A stretch of DNA of 64,000 nucleotides from contig NC_068991.1 in the NCBI RefSeq assembly GCF_001194135.2, forward strand, positions 57,176,535-57,240,534. The letters run 5' to 3'. The stretch is from Octopus bimaculoides. Its lineage: Eukaryota. Position numbers and translations under genes: made by a program. This document shows positions 62,728-64,000 of this stretch, in pieces; positions within the stretch are counted from its first letter, which is position 1; every line of letters starts with the position of its first letter. The notes under the pieces were generated by a model. That model had not been told where the DNA came from. It did no database searches and saw only the letters and a list, made by a program, of their open reading frames with translations.

Positions 62728-63530
62728 CATGCATATATCCATACATATATATACGTACCTACATCTATATGCATACATGCATGCATATACGGGTACATGA
62801 CATCAAAAAAACATTAAACACAAGAGAAACGAAAACATAAAAACGAAAACAGAAAACGAACTTTTTTTTGAACAACGAAAAAATCAAACAGAGAAACGCG
62901 ACATGCAACATAAAGAGTATACCCCTTCGTCAGCTGTCCCTGTTTCATCTACTCCGCGTTTCGAATACAAGGATAATACGCGACTTTGTTGAAAGAGTCC
63001 TTCCCGCAAAGCGAATTAAATATAATTTGGGATTTTTTGCGGAGGGTGAAGGTGTTAACAAGAACAGGACAGTGAGAACAAGACAGTAAAAACAAACTGT
63101 AAGGGCTGTTCAGCCAAGACGATAGAAAAATTATTATGAACGCTAGGTAGACGAGCCACGAAGAGACAGGAAAGGCACGTCTTTTCTTTAAGAAGTGGAC
63201 AGAAAGAACGATCCCCTTTCGTCACGTGTCAGCGACGAGAGAGTCAAGGAGGAAGAGTGGGAGAGAGAGAAGGAACGGTGAAAAGGAGAGAAGCACAGAG
63301 AGGATGAACAAGAGAGAGAGAGAGAGAGATAAACAGAGAAGAGATAGTAGAAGAGTGCGCATCGTAATTATTAAGATATAACTTACTTGGAAAAGGATGC
63401 GTGGCGTTCGATCATATAATAATATTAATAATACATAAATATATGCATATATCCATGCATATATGTACATACCTACATCTATATGTATACACACATGCAT
63501 ATATGGATACAGGACATCAAAAAAAAAAAC
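62728..63530 (-). mobile_element. Interspersed element of about 715-bp period bounded by about 85-bp direct repeats (possible Penelope-like partial tandem)
   Basis: 62728-62812 resembles 63443-63530; interior homologous to 27312-27640. Confidence 0.55.
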
Positions 63531-63713
63531 GACGGCCGTTTCGAGATGCTCCATTTAATGGATCAATGGAAACATTACATCAATTTGAAATATACCACTC
63601 TCCTCGAAAGCATATGATCATATAAATTTCCGACATACAGGATACTCTATTATAATTTTTTAACAAGATGAAAACTTTGCTAAAATATTATAATGAATTA
63701 TCCTGTATGTTGA

Positions 63714-64000
63714 AAATTTATATGGTCGTATGCTTCCGAGGAGAGTGGTTTATTTCAAATTGAAGAGCTAACAAATAGTGTTGTAAAAAGAACAGTGGTG
63801 TATAGAACACCGTCAGTGTCATCCAAAAGGATAGAAATTGCTACCATTGAAGCAATAGAAGAATGTTTAAAAGAAATTAAAAATCCTACAACTTTTTACA
63901 CGAGAGGTAGAAAGTATGGCACAGTGGAGGTGAGGTTCGCGAATGAAGAAGACGCGATAAACCACTTCACTGTGGCCATAAGGACACAAGAGTGGGTGCT
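63714..64000 (+). mobile_element. Open frame to the window end; probable LINE ORF1 N-terminus with RRM-like motif
   Basis: Stop-free from 63714: ASEESGLFQIEELTNSVVKRTVVYRTP..EECLKEIKN..TRGRKYGTVEVRFANEEDAINHF..; RNP1-like GTVEVRF..EEDA; no in-frame ATG. Confidence 0.55.

Overview
Repeat-dominated, AT-rich animal genomic DNA from a gapped draft scaffold (about 19 N-gaps, roughly 5.8 kb, most abutting microsatellites). The SINE repertoire and microsatellite density look like an Octopus (cephalopod) genome; that is inference from recognition, not checked. I found no intact protein-coding gene, rRNA, tRNA gene or CRISPR array, and nearly all long ORFs in the track are translations of microsatellites or N-gaps. 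What can be supported: three tRNA-head SINE families (called A, B, C here); decayed non-LTR retrotransposons (R4/Dong-like RT of about 2.1 kb, RLE 3' ends, two CR1 3' ends, two RTE fragments, and an ORF1 running off the window end); and six Tc1/mariner remnants. The most interesting signals are hammerhead-ribozyme-like motifs in both arms of a foldback element (48.9-49.4 kb), a 51-bp-stem G.U-rich hairpin (29.1-29.2 kb), a 5'-inverted RTE insertion resembling twin priming, and a modular SINE with three alternative tails, 16-bp TSDs and a tandem trimer. Exon and small-ORF candidates are weak. Most repeat boundaries are approximate (about +/-10 bp).
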